From Trichosphaerium sp. ATCC 40318 (lineage: Eukaryota > Protista > Tubulinea): a stretch of 64,000 bases of DNA. Positions 12,682-24,508 of the stretch are shown here, piece after piece (position 1 is the first letter of the stretch; the number at the start of each line of letters is the position of its first letter). The DNA is taken from the NCBI GenBank assembly GCA_038496445.1, contig JALMLS010000484.1:133490-197489 (forward strand). The letters are read 5' to 3'. Below the pieces are notes generated by a model. It worked only from the letters and a program-made list of their open reading frames with translations. It was not told the DNA's origin and searched no databases. The position numbers were made by a program, and so were the translations under genes.

Positions 12682-13348
12682 CTAACAACCAACAGTTACT
12701 ATCGTGTATCAATGATTACTGTGATGTTCTAATACGACACTTTTGGCTTAAACCGCTTCAATACGTAGCAATCTTTGTTGCCTACCAGCAGGCTCAGCTT
12801 AGTTAGCAAGCGTTTACTTTGGTTGACAGTCAATCCTTCATACTTTCTCCAAAAGTAAAGGGTTTTTTCCACGGGACAAGACAAAAAAACACGTGAACAA
12901 TTAATGAGAGTGGTCTACAAAACTTGCTCCAGGCGTAGTGTAGAGTAATATCGTAAGCAGGGAGTTAAGTTAACATACCTTCGTTGTAGGTCAAGTTGAC
13001 TGTCGAATTATTGCCCATTACTTTTGCTGACCCAAATAGCACTGATCTGTTGTTATTGCTGTCAACTCTTCACTAAAAACGCAGCATAACACTGACTTGG
13101 TACGTTTCGTTTAAATGATGCGTGTTGGAACAACGAGAGTGTCAACCAAACAAACCTTTATCCAAAATCGCAAAAAGACTTTGATTTAAACACCTATACG
13201 CTAAGAAAAAGCGTTCAACGTCTACACAGCAAAAGTTATCGCCAATGAAGTGCTAACTTCCTTAAAAGGGTTATAACGCTCAAAGAAGAATTACCAAACG
13301 TTGAGGAGAGCATTCAAACGACTAAACAACCGAAAACCGAAAACCAAA

Positions 13349-13913
13349 ATGTCAAAAGTGTCATCTGTCGAACTAAGGCATTCAAATCCTTCACTTGGAC
13401 CCCATAATAAACCCGTAAGCATCACGCTATCTAACACGAAGGAACATCAAAAGGAGTTCTCAAGTTTGATGAGCAAAACAACACTTAACGGCGTTTGTAG
13501 GTAAGTCCGTATTTTTTATTTTTTCATTGAAAAAAGGTGAACTTACTGTCTTTACTGACACTTTTTTCCTCGGTTATAGTTTGGAGAAATATGCCGCTGA
13601 GAAGATGTCCGGTAATGAAAAGATAGTTGAAAAGGTGAATAAAGCCGTCTCAAAGGGCAGTTTGAACTGTGGACAGACAATCTCAACTTTTACTATTTTC
13701 TTCGAGGATGAAACGTCAATTAAAGTCCATGACTTGCGTGTCATGAAACTTGAAGGATATTATTCAGAGTTTGTTAAATATTTGGTGAAGAATGGAAAGC
13801 GTCGTGAGGAATCTTTTGGACTGGGAGGTCCGCCTACACTAAAGAAGAAACCAGTAAAGAAAAAAAAAAGTACCAGAAAAAAAACAACAAAAGAAAAAAG
13901 AACCAAAAAGTAA
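13349..13913 (+). CDS. Hypothetical protein (2 exons) with a Lys-rich C-terminal tail
   Basis: MSKVSSVELRHSNP...NGVC|SLEKYAAEKM...KKKSTRKKTTKEKRTKK*; GTAAGT...TATAG intron; AATAAA downstream. Confidence 0.65.
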
Positions 13914-14316
13914 ACTATTGTACTGCTCTCTTACGATACTTATGTATTTGAATATCAATAAAATATCCATATATATAAAACATTAGTAACAACTGTTATT
14001 TAAACAAAACCTGGAAAGGCAACATTGTGTCATTGTCCTTCGAGTAATTTTTATATTCAAACATTTCTTACTAATACAGTCCTATTCGTTCAAATCCTAC
14101 TTCTTTTTTCCCTCGGACAGAATGAGCTTATAAAATGAACATTTTCAACTAGTAGGAAAAAAATATAGACTTTGAACGACTAGAACTGTACTTCCTTCAC
14201 TAACACTTCCCACACGAAGTCAACTAAATCAAAGTGTATGTCGGGTTTCATTTAAAACAGGGATATTTTTTGGACAAGAGCATACATATATGTGTTGCTG
14301 TTTCAATCAACAAATG

Positions 14317-17300
14317 TTAATTGGTAATACATAGTTTTACAATTGTTTTAAATGTCTTTCTATTTACTCTAGCCAAAGCATCACGAATAGTTTGTAACTC
14401 AGGATTCTTGAATAAACACAATAGTATTGGCTTTACTTTTGGCTCCTAAAAATATATATTAACACGTGTATGCTACTAAAATAACTTGCTACAAAAAGGA
14501 CAGTACCAGTTTTTTTTTCTTGATAAGAGAAAAATATGTTCTCATGTCTTTTGCATCCTTAACCTTTTCCCATTCGTTCTCTAGGTACTGTATAATATTC
14601 TCATACTTCTCTTCTGCGGATTTAATATCTGTTTCAAGGTGTGGGAGATGATACAAGCACTCTTCAACATGATTAAGTCGTATGATATTAAGTAACGAAT
14701 CCAAGCTGAATTTTTTAGCAGAAACGTTGAATGGTGTATCACAAACAAAACCAATAGAATATTTTATAGCAATATATCCTTTGTTATATCTCTTGAAAAC
14801 AGTTTTATGTTGTGTAATAGCATAGCCAGCCTATAAGACAACAGGAGTTAAAGTTTGAACCAAAATGAGAAAAAAACAAGAAATTAACATCTTCTCATCT
14901 ACGAGTCTAATGCACTCACAATTGGTCCAAAAGGATTCAATTCATCTATGGCTTGTTCTAAAGTTTCATCATTGTAAATATGGCAAGCTTCTTTAGGAGG
15001 CTCTCCACAGCAAAACTAACCAATAGTTAACACATTCGAATATGAAGTGAAAGAAACTACAAACCTCCTCTTCAACACTTTGTAATGTGTCAACATTAAA
15101 AGTTTTCATGTGAATTATAGTATCTCGGTTACACCTACCAACCTTTCTAAACGATTGTGACATCAACACTAGGCTATAGCACCTAAAGAAGAAACATGAG
15201 TTATGATGTAAGAAAAAGTTAAGAAAAAGCGTACAAGTTTGTTTCAGTTGGAAGAGTGAACTCGTTCTCCTTCCAAATACGCCAAAATAATTCAGCAAAT
15301 GTAGTCTTGACTACCTTACCATCAAAAGGCCGTGTACAGACACCCTCTGAAGCATCAGGAAGTCCTATACACACACCACTTAAGCAACTTTACTTAATAG
15401 CCTTTTTCACTTACTTTCTGAAGCAACACGCCATTCACCTTTATAGTGATACAAGGAACAAACATGCCCATCATATATCGGTGTAACAACACTTGGTACA
15501 TTCCAATCGATATCACCTGTACCTTTAACATAGCTACCAGAATAACATTTGACATTTTGCTCGAAAGCATCAACATCCAAAACAAGAGGACCTTGAGATG
15601 GAGCAAGTGCAGCACTATGAGGTTATAAGTACTAGCCAAATATTTATAGCAATACGATTCATAATATTGGTTACCTGTTAGGCGTATAAGCATTCGCAGA
15701 AAGCTGTATCAAAGGTTCAAAATCGTTATGACTTGCTACAGTAAGTTTATACTTTTTTTGTATAGACAAACTGTTATTTTTAAGACACTGAAGAATTATG
15801 TCTTCGTGATTGCTACCATCAATGTCCTTGGACGTCAAATTACCTAACCTAACGCGAGCTATTGACCAAGCATTGAAGTCAAGTTCATCATGGATATAGA
15901 AAGTATTGAAACTTCCAGACTTCTTAAACTTTGTCAACGATTCTTGCCATAGAGGTTTGTAAAACTTTTGAAATTCTGGCCATGTTTGTGCGTCAATCTC
16001 TTGAATTTCTATAAAAGATACTGGCGTCAGTATATTGAAACCATAGTATAGAATAAGTACGTACTGTCCCAATAAGGTTTGAGGTTAACGTTGTAAATAG
16101 TGCCCTAAGAAAAATATGAGAATCCTAAACACAACCCGAATGTTTAAGTTTTTGGAGGTACAGGATACGAACCTTTTCCACTAATTGTCTAGCAAACTCC
16201 AAATATCTTATTGCGATAAGTACAAGCTACAATTATCATGACATAAGATAATGAAAGAATGGAAGGAAGGAAGGTACTTTTTGAGCTTTGAAAATCTTTC
16301 CTTCTCTAATCCGTTCTCGTGCCAAATTAAATCGTTGATTTGCTGACCAAATTGTAGTGCTAGTTAATTTTAGGTCTATGGTAACAATAGAAACATCATA
16401 CCTTTTTAGAACGTCTATATCTAAGTAATTCTCGCAAGGCAAATCACGTTTTTTGTACACAATCTAAACATGAAATTAGTGCGCGAAAAACCCAAAAACT
16501 GTTTTCAACTGCTACAGTCTGATAGTTGCTTCTTACGTATTTTTTTGGATAATGCATCATCTCTAGTAATGCCATGCGATGCTCTAATAACTATCTTTTA
16601 TAAATAATTGATCAACAAGCGACAGAAAGCAATCAAAACAAAAAAAACACAAAAAAGACAAGTTTTTGTTGAATTGTCAATGTAACGTACATACGACTCT
16701 AACTCTTCCTCTGTATAAAATATAACGTCTATATCTTGCTCAGAGCCTTTATACTCAAGCATATTATCTGCCGCTTCATCGTAAGCGTTTTTTATTTGAT
16801 GAGTAGTTATTGCTATGTAGTCCCAGTCAGAATCATCTCTATGCGTTCCGTGTACTCTACGGATATTATTAGCCAGTTTTATAGATTTTATGGTTCCACA
16901 TGCCTACTTCCTTGTAAAAAGACTGCCAGTAGGTATTTAGTTATCTTCGGATGAAATTTACGCGTTAACAGAGAGAGTAGATCGTCTTTGTCATGGACGC
17001 CATCAGCGTTTAAACGAAGAGCCATTAATGGCGTTGTAGAGAAGTAGACAGTTCTAGATACAACTTAACACGCAATAAGCCAAAAATAAACTGCAGCACA
17101 ATTAAAATTATGTCAAAAACACAAGTTTTTAAATTCGATGAATTGTTAACAATTTTCGCTGCATTGTACTTGAAGTAACATTCAAAGCTTTAGTAGCTTC
17201 ATTACGAGTAAGTTAAGTTTGCTTTATTAATAAGTACAAGTCTATTATTGTGACAATTAGCTTCATGAGCTAATAATAAAATTATGACAACCTAAATGAA

Positions 17301-17705
17301 GATATGCGCTCACCAGCAACATATTGGAACTGACTCAGATTAGCGATAGTTTTTGCTATTGATAATTTTTTTTCCACATAACGCTGAAGGCATTGGGTTT
17401 GCACTACTTTTCGCGAAATTGATTAGAGCCACGATTGACTAAAAAATGTGCTGTTTTCTGCAAAAATGTTGTACAAAAAGGCCGCCAAAAGAACAGATTT
17501 CGAAGAATACAACATGCTGCCAAATTTCGCGAAATATAGTGCAAACCCATTTTTCCGGCCGTTTTGCCGTGTCTGCTTGTATATTTTTTTCGGCTATTTG
17601 CCGGCAGTAAATAAAGAACGTATCGTGTTGCTGGAAGTCACTATCTGAACTGTGATCACTGCCAACGTACTGATCTATGTCCTCAAGTTCTGTTTTGTCT
17701 ATCAT
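14317..17705 (-). CDS. Pol-beta-family nucleotidyltransferase plus helical domain, fused to a degenerate T4 Rnl1-like RNA ligase domain; multi-exon
   Basis: FLQGSR|VHGTHRDDSDWDYIAI (GS...DxD) and DIDVIFY. The ligase-like part reads PLVLD...DIDWNVPSVVTPIYDGHVCSLYHYKGEWRVASE|LPDASE...TFAELFWRIWKE...CYSLVLMS. Start codon tentative. Confidence 0.7.
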
Positions 17706-18036
17706 TGGGATTGAGAGTACCACCTCGAGAAGCATGGGAAGTCAGGGCTCTGTGATTCATAATTTGGGTAGTAAGTTGATGTTGTTGGTGCTGTTGGGTC
17801 TGCTCTATCCCAGTGCTCTGTTGGTTTCTTTAGTCTCAAGGGCGACCCGTTATATATATTTACAATGAATGAATCCCTTCTGTTGCCTTCATTGTATTTT
17901 GCTGGGTGCCGTCCTGTTCTTTTCTTCGTAGTTTTTTTTCTTCTTCAATCTATTGTCTTTACCGTACCAGCAAGTTTATTGTACACTTTTCAAGGTGCTA
18001 TTAACAGCATCAAGTGCATACATGCGTTGTTGCAGT

Positions 18037-18762
18037 TCTAGTTCAGATTGTGGCAGTCCTTTTGGGTTTGCAAGTGGCCTCTTATAAAAGTTAAGTCGGC
18101 CTGATACGCAGCAAACATAGCAATCCTTTGTCGATTAGCTACAAAATTCTTAGACAAAAAAAAAACTACTTACGCGTTTTTACAGGGTTACGCTGAATCT
18201 TCTCAATCTATACATATGGATAAAAGATATTGTATTATGATTACCTGAACTCAACATAAATAAAGTATGTCAGTGATACGCCTTGCCATTATGTCAAGTT
18301 CTGTATCTTAAAAAAAATCATCAATAAATTTTTAACTTTTTTGTTAAGCCCACAAACTTGTTATCACACGGAATGTCCCATTTGTTAATAAGCGACTCAA
18401 GTACCTTTCCCTCAATCTCCACCTCATCGTATAATTTACTATAAAAGTTAACACCCGCGACAAGCATTTTACGAATATCAGAACAATCACCATTACCAGT
18501 TTGTAGTTCCTTACTGTTTAATCCCGCTTTCTTGCTTTAAGCATTTTTGTAAGAAAAGCACTTGGACCTTCCTCAAACATAGCTTTTGTTGATGCCGCTA
18601 GATTATTAAGATGTTTTTGCTAGGTGCGTAAACAACACCCATCCTAAGAGAAACACCTGATGCTTGAACATCAACAATTAATAAACGACCTTTTTGTTCA
18701 TTCACAAATTTCTGAGCTCCACGGAGTGTAGCAATAGCGACCCCAGTACCTCTACCAGCATC
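18037..18762 (-). CDS. Possible spliced gene or remnant with a class I SAM-methyltransferase-like motif; 5' end unresolved and near the MITE
   Basis: Exon DAGRGTGVAIATLRGAQKF...LLIVDVQ bounded by splice signals, followed by further exons; apparent frameshift near 18530. Confidence 0.3.
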
Positions 18763-18853
18763 TGTGTGTAAAATACATTTACTGTTAATATGAGCAAGGA
18801 TGAATTGGTTTCAGTAGCAAAAGTAATTCGAAAGAAATTTGAAAAACCTCTAC

Positions 18854-19372
18854 TAGAGATGGCAGAAATACCGGTCCGAACCGGTTCCGGACCGAAACGC
18901 AAAGACCGGTCTCTAAACGGTCCAAACGGTCCGCTGTCAAAGGGAGTACCCTTGGAAAATCGGAAAAATAGCCGAAAAAAGGGACTTTTGTCAAAGGGTA
19001 CTCCCTTGGATTTTTATCGGTCCAAACGGTCCCTGTCACAAAATCTTAGAGGCTTCCATCTATCAACCTATTCTTTGTGTGCATGCACGTACGGTGGCTG
19101 TACACTTTTGTGGCATGTTTGAATATCCCACCTTCGATAAAATATTTTACAAACTATATGGCTTTCAACCACGCTATGTGCAGAACTTTTGATTTTAAGG
19201 AGTTTTAGACTACTTTTAATCAAAAGAAAGTAGCTGGTGGTTCAAAAAGAAGCCAACAATTTTTATGTTCACTGAATGAATACTGGTCTTGTTCTAAATC
19301 TCGGACCGGTTACGGACCGAAAACCGATATATTGAAACCGGACCGGTATCGGACCGGTATTTGCCACCTCTA
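18854..19372. mobile_element. Non-autonomous hAT-like element (MITE 1), 519 bp
   Basis: Imperfect TIRs TAGAGATGGCAGAAATACCGGTCCGA / TCGGACCGGTATTTGCCACCTCTA; perfect 8-bp TSD ACCTCTAC at 18846-18853 and 19373-19380; subterminal GGACCG/CGGTCC repeats. Confidence 0.92.
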
Positions 19373-19667
19373 ACCTCTACTATTTACTACTTGATCTACA
19401 GAAAACCACGTAGTTTCGCGGAGCGTTTCACTCCTTGTGCTTACTCTGTGAGTCGTAAACAAGACACGAAAGGTCGCTTGAAGTAACAAAGACTGTAATA
19501 AGACCATCTAACTCGTCTAATATTCAGTATGGCTCGGAGACTCAACGTGGTCAAGGAGGTTTTACGTGAGTGTCGCGGTTTCAATTTTCACAGAAATCGG
19601 GGATTCATCGGACAAACTCTTGAAAAACTCACAACATTTTCATTCAAAAAACTATTGTTGCCTTACA

Positions 19668-20062
19668 ATGAGCAACTTTTCTTTAATACCGACGCTATCC
19701 TTGGCTATTCTGTTTGTAGTCTTTATGTTCGCATGTCCTGTATCAGGAAATGATGAAGAGGTAGAAGCGTGCGTAGGCAAATGGTGCTCGAGGCTGTATG
19801 AAAGCACTGACGGAGAGTCTGGAACTTTTTGCGCCGACCGTTGGGGATCTTGCCCTAGCGAGAAATATGATTACGTACGCACTTCTGCATTGTCTACGCT
19901 GCTCAAATTTCGACTCACTTCAAAGTATAGTTTGAACACATATCAGGCAAGAAAAACTGTGGTAGACGATGCAATAAGCGAACACCTAGCGCTGGAAGAT
20001 GTAATCATTTCGATGGTTTGATGAAAGGGAACGGTGGTGTATTCCGCTATGAATGTAAGTAA
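19668..20062 (+). CDS. Small secreted cysteine-rich protein (2 exons, 8 Cys in the mature part)
   Basis: MSNFSLIPTLSLAILFVVFMFACPVSG-NDEEVEACVGKWCSRLYE...FCADRWGSCPSEKYDY|FEHISGKKNCGRRCNKRTPSAGRCNHFDGLMKGNGGVFRYECK*. Confidence 0.7.
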
Positions 20063-20189
20063 GCAAGTGTATCTATATAGTAACCACATCCACGTTGTTA
20101 CTTGGTTCTCAGTGCTAGTGTTCAGCACACTATAAATAAATTGATTGCTTTGTTGGCATTTTCTTTTTTTAATTTAGAGCCTTTCAACC

Positions 20190-20514
20190 TAACGCCCTTT
20201 CGTTATGAATGAATAATTTGAATATTCAAATACAGCCTACATTCACAAATATTCATTACTAAAAAAATTCATTCATTATTCATGCCCTTTTTGCTGCCAC
20301 TTACGCAGTAGAAAATTGATCGCGCAGCATTGGTTTACGTTTGGCAGTTACAATTCTATTACCATAAGAACTGCAATAACGCATCGCAGATAAAAGTACT
20401 GCACACATGAATACGTTGTGAGTGACGGTTTTTCTTTTGTCTATGATATTAATGAATTTGCCGTTTGGTGCTATAAATATGAATATTGCTTATATTCATA
20501 ACGGAAGAGCGTTA
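20190..20514. mobile_element. Non-autonomous hAT-like element (MITE 2), 325 bp
   Basis: 21-bp TIRs TAACGCCCTTTCGTTATGAAT / ATTCATAACGGAAGAGCGTTA (2 mismatches); perfect 8-bp TSD TTTCAACC at 20182-20189 and 20515-20522; subterminal GAATA/TATTC repeats. Confidence 0.9.
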
Positions 20515-20900
20515 TTTCAACCCATTGAGACAGAAGTTATGAAACACAACACAAACACCATAGTTCTGTCAAAAGGTTAATTACAAGAAACCCACGTGAT
20601 TGGGATTATGGCTATACAAGATCATAGGTTTCACTCTCATGCAGCATGAGTTGCGCTGTGACCAACTTAGAATCTGAAAATAATAAATAATGTTACCTTT
20701 CTCCACGTGCTACCTTGTTATCTTTAACGTTGACGTTCGATCTTTAAGTTTCTTATTGTACCTTGTTGTGTCACCCACTAAAGAGTGGGTTTCTTTTTCT
20801 CCAGTGAGACCAAGAATAGGCGTCTCGCAATCATCTTTAAGCGCTACTAAATTCCAGGCCATTGTTTAAGTGAACTAGGTGTAGTCTAGAAGCTTCTACT

Positions 20901-20954
20901 ATGGCGGACATTTTTGACGTTCGTGTGGATGTTCGTTCTGGGTTTTTCATATGA
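20901..20954 (+). promoter_or_regulatory. Candidate upstream ORF (MADIFDVRVDVRSGFFI*) in the SAMDC leader
   Basis: ATG in strong context (actATGg) about 245 nt before the SAMDC start; its stop overlaps a second ATG (ATGA). Confidence 0.55.
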
Positions 20955-21145
20955 ATTTGATCAAGTTGACTTAAAACCAAAGATTTCATTCTGAAAAAGA
21001 AAGCCTCTCTTCTAAACCCTCTCGCGTCAAGGTTTTATTATAAATTAAAACGCGTAATTAAACCCATAAAAACAACTGTGTGCATGCTTCTAGCTCTAAC
21101 CGTATTAATTGAGTGCTTATTCCACTGTAACGTATCAACACTAAG

Positions 21146-22539
21146 ATGATGAATATTGAGGTGTACGTATACCATTATTAGGGGCTAATTCACGATGACA
21201 TTCAGTGTTTCGTTTTGCTTATTTTCCCAAAGGCCTACAGATTTTTTTGAAGGAGCGGAAAAGCGCCTAGACGTAGAGTTTTCATGTTCTACAGATAATA
21301 CAATGGGGATGAGAGTAATTAAGAAAAACGACTGGTTGACTCTACTACGCCATATTCGATGCGATATTCTATCACAAACATCTAACGATCATTGTGACGC
21401 GTATGTACTATCAGAATCGAGCTTATTTGTATTTTCCAACAAAGTTGTACTCAAAACATGCGGCGAGACGAGACTACTACGATGCCTTGATACTCTCATG
21501 GAATTTTCGCAACGCGCAAAGACTTCTGTGTCATTTGTGGCTTACTCACGTAAAAGCTACATGGAACCTTCAAAACAGCACTTTCCGCACCGTAACTTTG
21601 ACGAAGAGGTACGAAACAGCTTGTTTTATTAAAACCGATCTCTCTAAGTTCACCAACAACGCAAAAACCGTCCAAACGCTCCTAAACGTACTAAAACCGC
21701 TGTAGGTAGAATACTTGAACAAACACTTTGCAGGAACGGGTTATACGTTCGGAAATCCATCATCGACTGATAACTGGTACTTGTACCTCGCTAGACCATC
21801 TGAAAATCATATACCTGCGCTTGGGAAGTATCAACATTTTGAGATAATGATGACTCAGATCGACGAAAAAGTCTCTCAAAGTTTTTACGCCAAGGAAGGT
21901 AGAACAGCAAAAGGAATAACAAAAAGTACTGGAATGTCTACTATAATATCAAATGAACCTGCTACAACAAGCGAATTCCTTTTTGAACCTTGTGGTTACT
22001 CAGTAAATGGACTGTCACAAAAGGTACCTTTTTTTTTCTCATTTTTTTCTTTTTTTTTTAATTGTTTTTTGACTTGTATGCAATTTCTTGGCATTTTATT
22101 TTCTGTTGTGGTAATGTAGAAGGATTATTGTATTTTATTTGGTTGTTTTGGATCACATGCTTTTTTTTTTCTTGGTGTAAACTGACGTTGTTTTTTTTGC
22201 TTTAGAATTTCTTCACCACTCATGTTACTCCACAAAAAGAATTCTCGTTTGTTAGTTTTGAGACGAACGCAGCACAAGAACAATATGATGTACTTGTTGA
22301 ACGTATACTGGATATGTATAAACCATCATCTTTTATCGCAACACTTCTTATTAACACAAAAGAAAAGAGAGGTACGAATATTTTTTCAGTTTTTTTTATA
22401 CTGACAGTCTATGTTAGATTCTCCCATTGAAACGCTTCTTGGATTACCACCTCGTACATACAAAGTAACACACAGAAGTGCACGTGTATTAAATGATACA
22501 TGTCAACTCGCAATGTACACATGCCAAAAAGTTGTATAA
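21146..22539 (+). CDS. AMD1: S-adenosylmethionine decarboxylase proenzyme, multi-exon
   Basis: FFEGAEKRL, CDAYVLSESSLFV (pyruvoyl cleavage site), LKTCG, FEPCGYSVNG, THVTPQKEFSFVSFETN. Confidence 0.97.
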
Positions 22540-23288
22540 CAGAAATAAAAAAACAATAATTGTATTAAACCAAGTCAACTTTTTACCGTGCCGGTCCATA
22601 GAAACCATGGAGTATTGTGGTTTAAATATGGAAAGGTATACCAGTAGTGGTAGATACGATAGAAGTTAGCACGTTGACACTAAATGAGAAGCTTATCAAC
22701 GGCCTGAATTTTCCAACTCGCTTGCTTGATACAAAGCAGCCTACTTTGTCTGTAAATGGGGTTGTAAGATTTGCCGCTACACGTGATTCCGTTACTCTTA
22801 TAGAACTTGTCTCTTGACTCTTGTATTAACGTCAGCAGTGAGTTTTGTGTTGATTATTCAGTCACTTCACTTCGCTGTGATGTTGCCACGTTTTGTGACT
22901 GTACTTTTCCAAATAGTATTCCTATCCATCTTCTAGCGCAAAATGAGAAAATAGTTACTTACATTAAACTAACCCACGAGATGTACATTCCACCCATTGA
23001 GCCTTTTTGTTCATCATAAAAAAGTAGAAGCTACCTCGATGTATTTGAAGTTATTTGGCTGCTTTGGTTGTAGCTCATGTAGCATCTGGTTTTTGGTACT
23101 TTAGCAGGTCGGTACAACTTTGTTTCGATTTTTTTGTACCTGTTCTTCCCTTGTACCCTCATGCTACCTGCGATTGATATTTGGCTATTGTATCGTTACA
23201 GTACGTGTTCTTGGATCACATGTGGTCGGAACATCAAACATACGATTGGAGAAAGCGAAAGATTAGTTTTAGTATCATAAAAAGCAAC

Positions 23289-24175
23289 ATGCTGCAATAC
23301 GTCCTTGTAATACTTGCTGTCACTGCCACCATTTCGAATGCTGCAAACCTACGCGTTATCAATAGCGTAAGGAATTCTCCCGGTATCGATATCCGCACCG
23401 ATCCTCCACAAGGGTTCATCAGGGCACGTGCGAAATGACCAGTAGATATTTCGCACGGGAAGTTTCGACTTACTTTGGTTAGTTTCGAGACAATATTCAG
23501 TACCTTGCGCCGGTTGATACTATCTATAGACCAGTGTTTGAGGCACCTATAATTCGTTTAAAGGCATTTTCCACCGGAGAAAAGTTCCCTGCTCTCGTTG
23601 ATACACTGTACTCTTTTGACAAAAACGCTCTTTTTTTCTGACCTTATAACAAATCAACACTAAATCAACCAAGGCTTCCTGTAGAAGGTGATAATTTGTA
23701 TACACTTGCTATCATTGGTGGTGCTTTTACGACCATTGGACCTCTTCTTATTAAAGATGTGTTTGCACCTCAAAAGGTACCTATGCACGTGATAGCCTAC
23801 TAGAAACTGATAGCGAAAAGAATATGTCAATAGTGCGGCTAGTCCACTTGGTTGAAGATGCACCTGCCGTTGATGTTGTTGTGGATGATGGTAACATAGA
23901 GTTATTCAAAGATATTTCGTACACGCAAGACAGCGAATATGTTGCTGTAGAGCCAGGATCATACTTTCTAACCGTGAGAAGTACGCCTCATTTTTCTTGA
24001 AGTTGTCTTTTTTTTTTTCAATGTCTTATGTCGTTTAGCTTTCTCTGACCGCAAGCCTCTTCTTAAAATTCAAGACTTACTATTACGTGCCGGTTTAGTG
24101 TACACTATATTTGCGCAAGGTTCAGTTGTTAACAAGGTTTATCCATTGAGCGTTGTAGTATCTGTAGACAATTAA
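23289..24175 (+). CDS. Secreted DUF4397-like beta-sandwich protein, multi-exon
   Basis: Signal peptide; LRVINSVRNSPGIDI and VHLVEDAPAVDVVVD...LFKDISYTQDSEYVAVEPGSY...LRAGLVYTIFAQG. Confidence 0.8.
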
Positions 24176-24508
24176 AATACAATATGTGTTCCCCAATATT
24201 AGTATTTCTATTCTGATTTTTTAACCATAAATAGAATACCAGCTTTGTTTTTTAATAGTATCAAACGCCAGCTAGTACAAAAGAATCACAAATACCTTGA
24301 TAAAAAGTGACGTATAACGGTGACAACTGTCAATAAAACACGTGTTTCGTTCTGGTTTTTTTATCCCACCATATATGTTTTACTAGCTTTTTTTAAAGAT
24401 TCCATTGCGATACCATCCTAAAAAAGACCTTTTCAAGTCACGTGTCATTAAGTTTTCGCTTTTTTGATTCCACGTGCTTGTAATAATAATAATTTCGGCG
24501 TAACAACA

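Noticed and set aside
18702-19122. ORFs overlapping MITE 1 as a possible transposase
   Set aside because: Short, start or end outside the element, and lack DDE or BED motifs.
22630-22818. Open frame of about 60 codons downstream of SAMDC
   Set aside because: No start codon, splice context or motif I can support; not reachable by readthrough because a second stop follows the SAMDC TAA.
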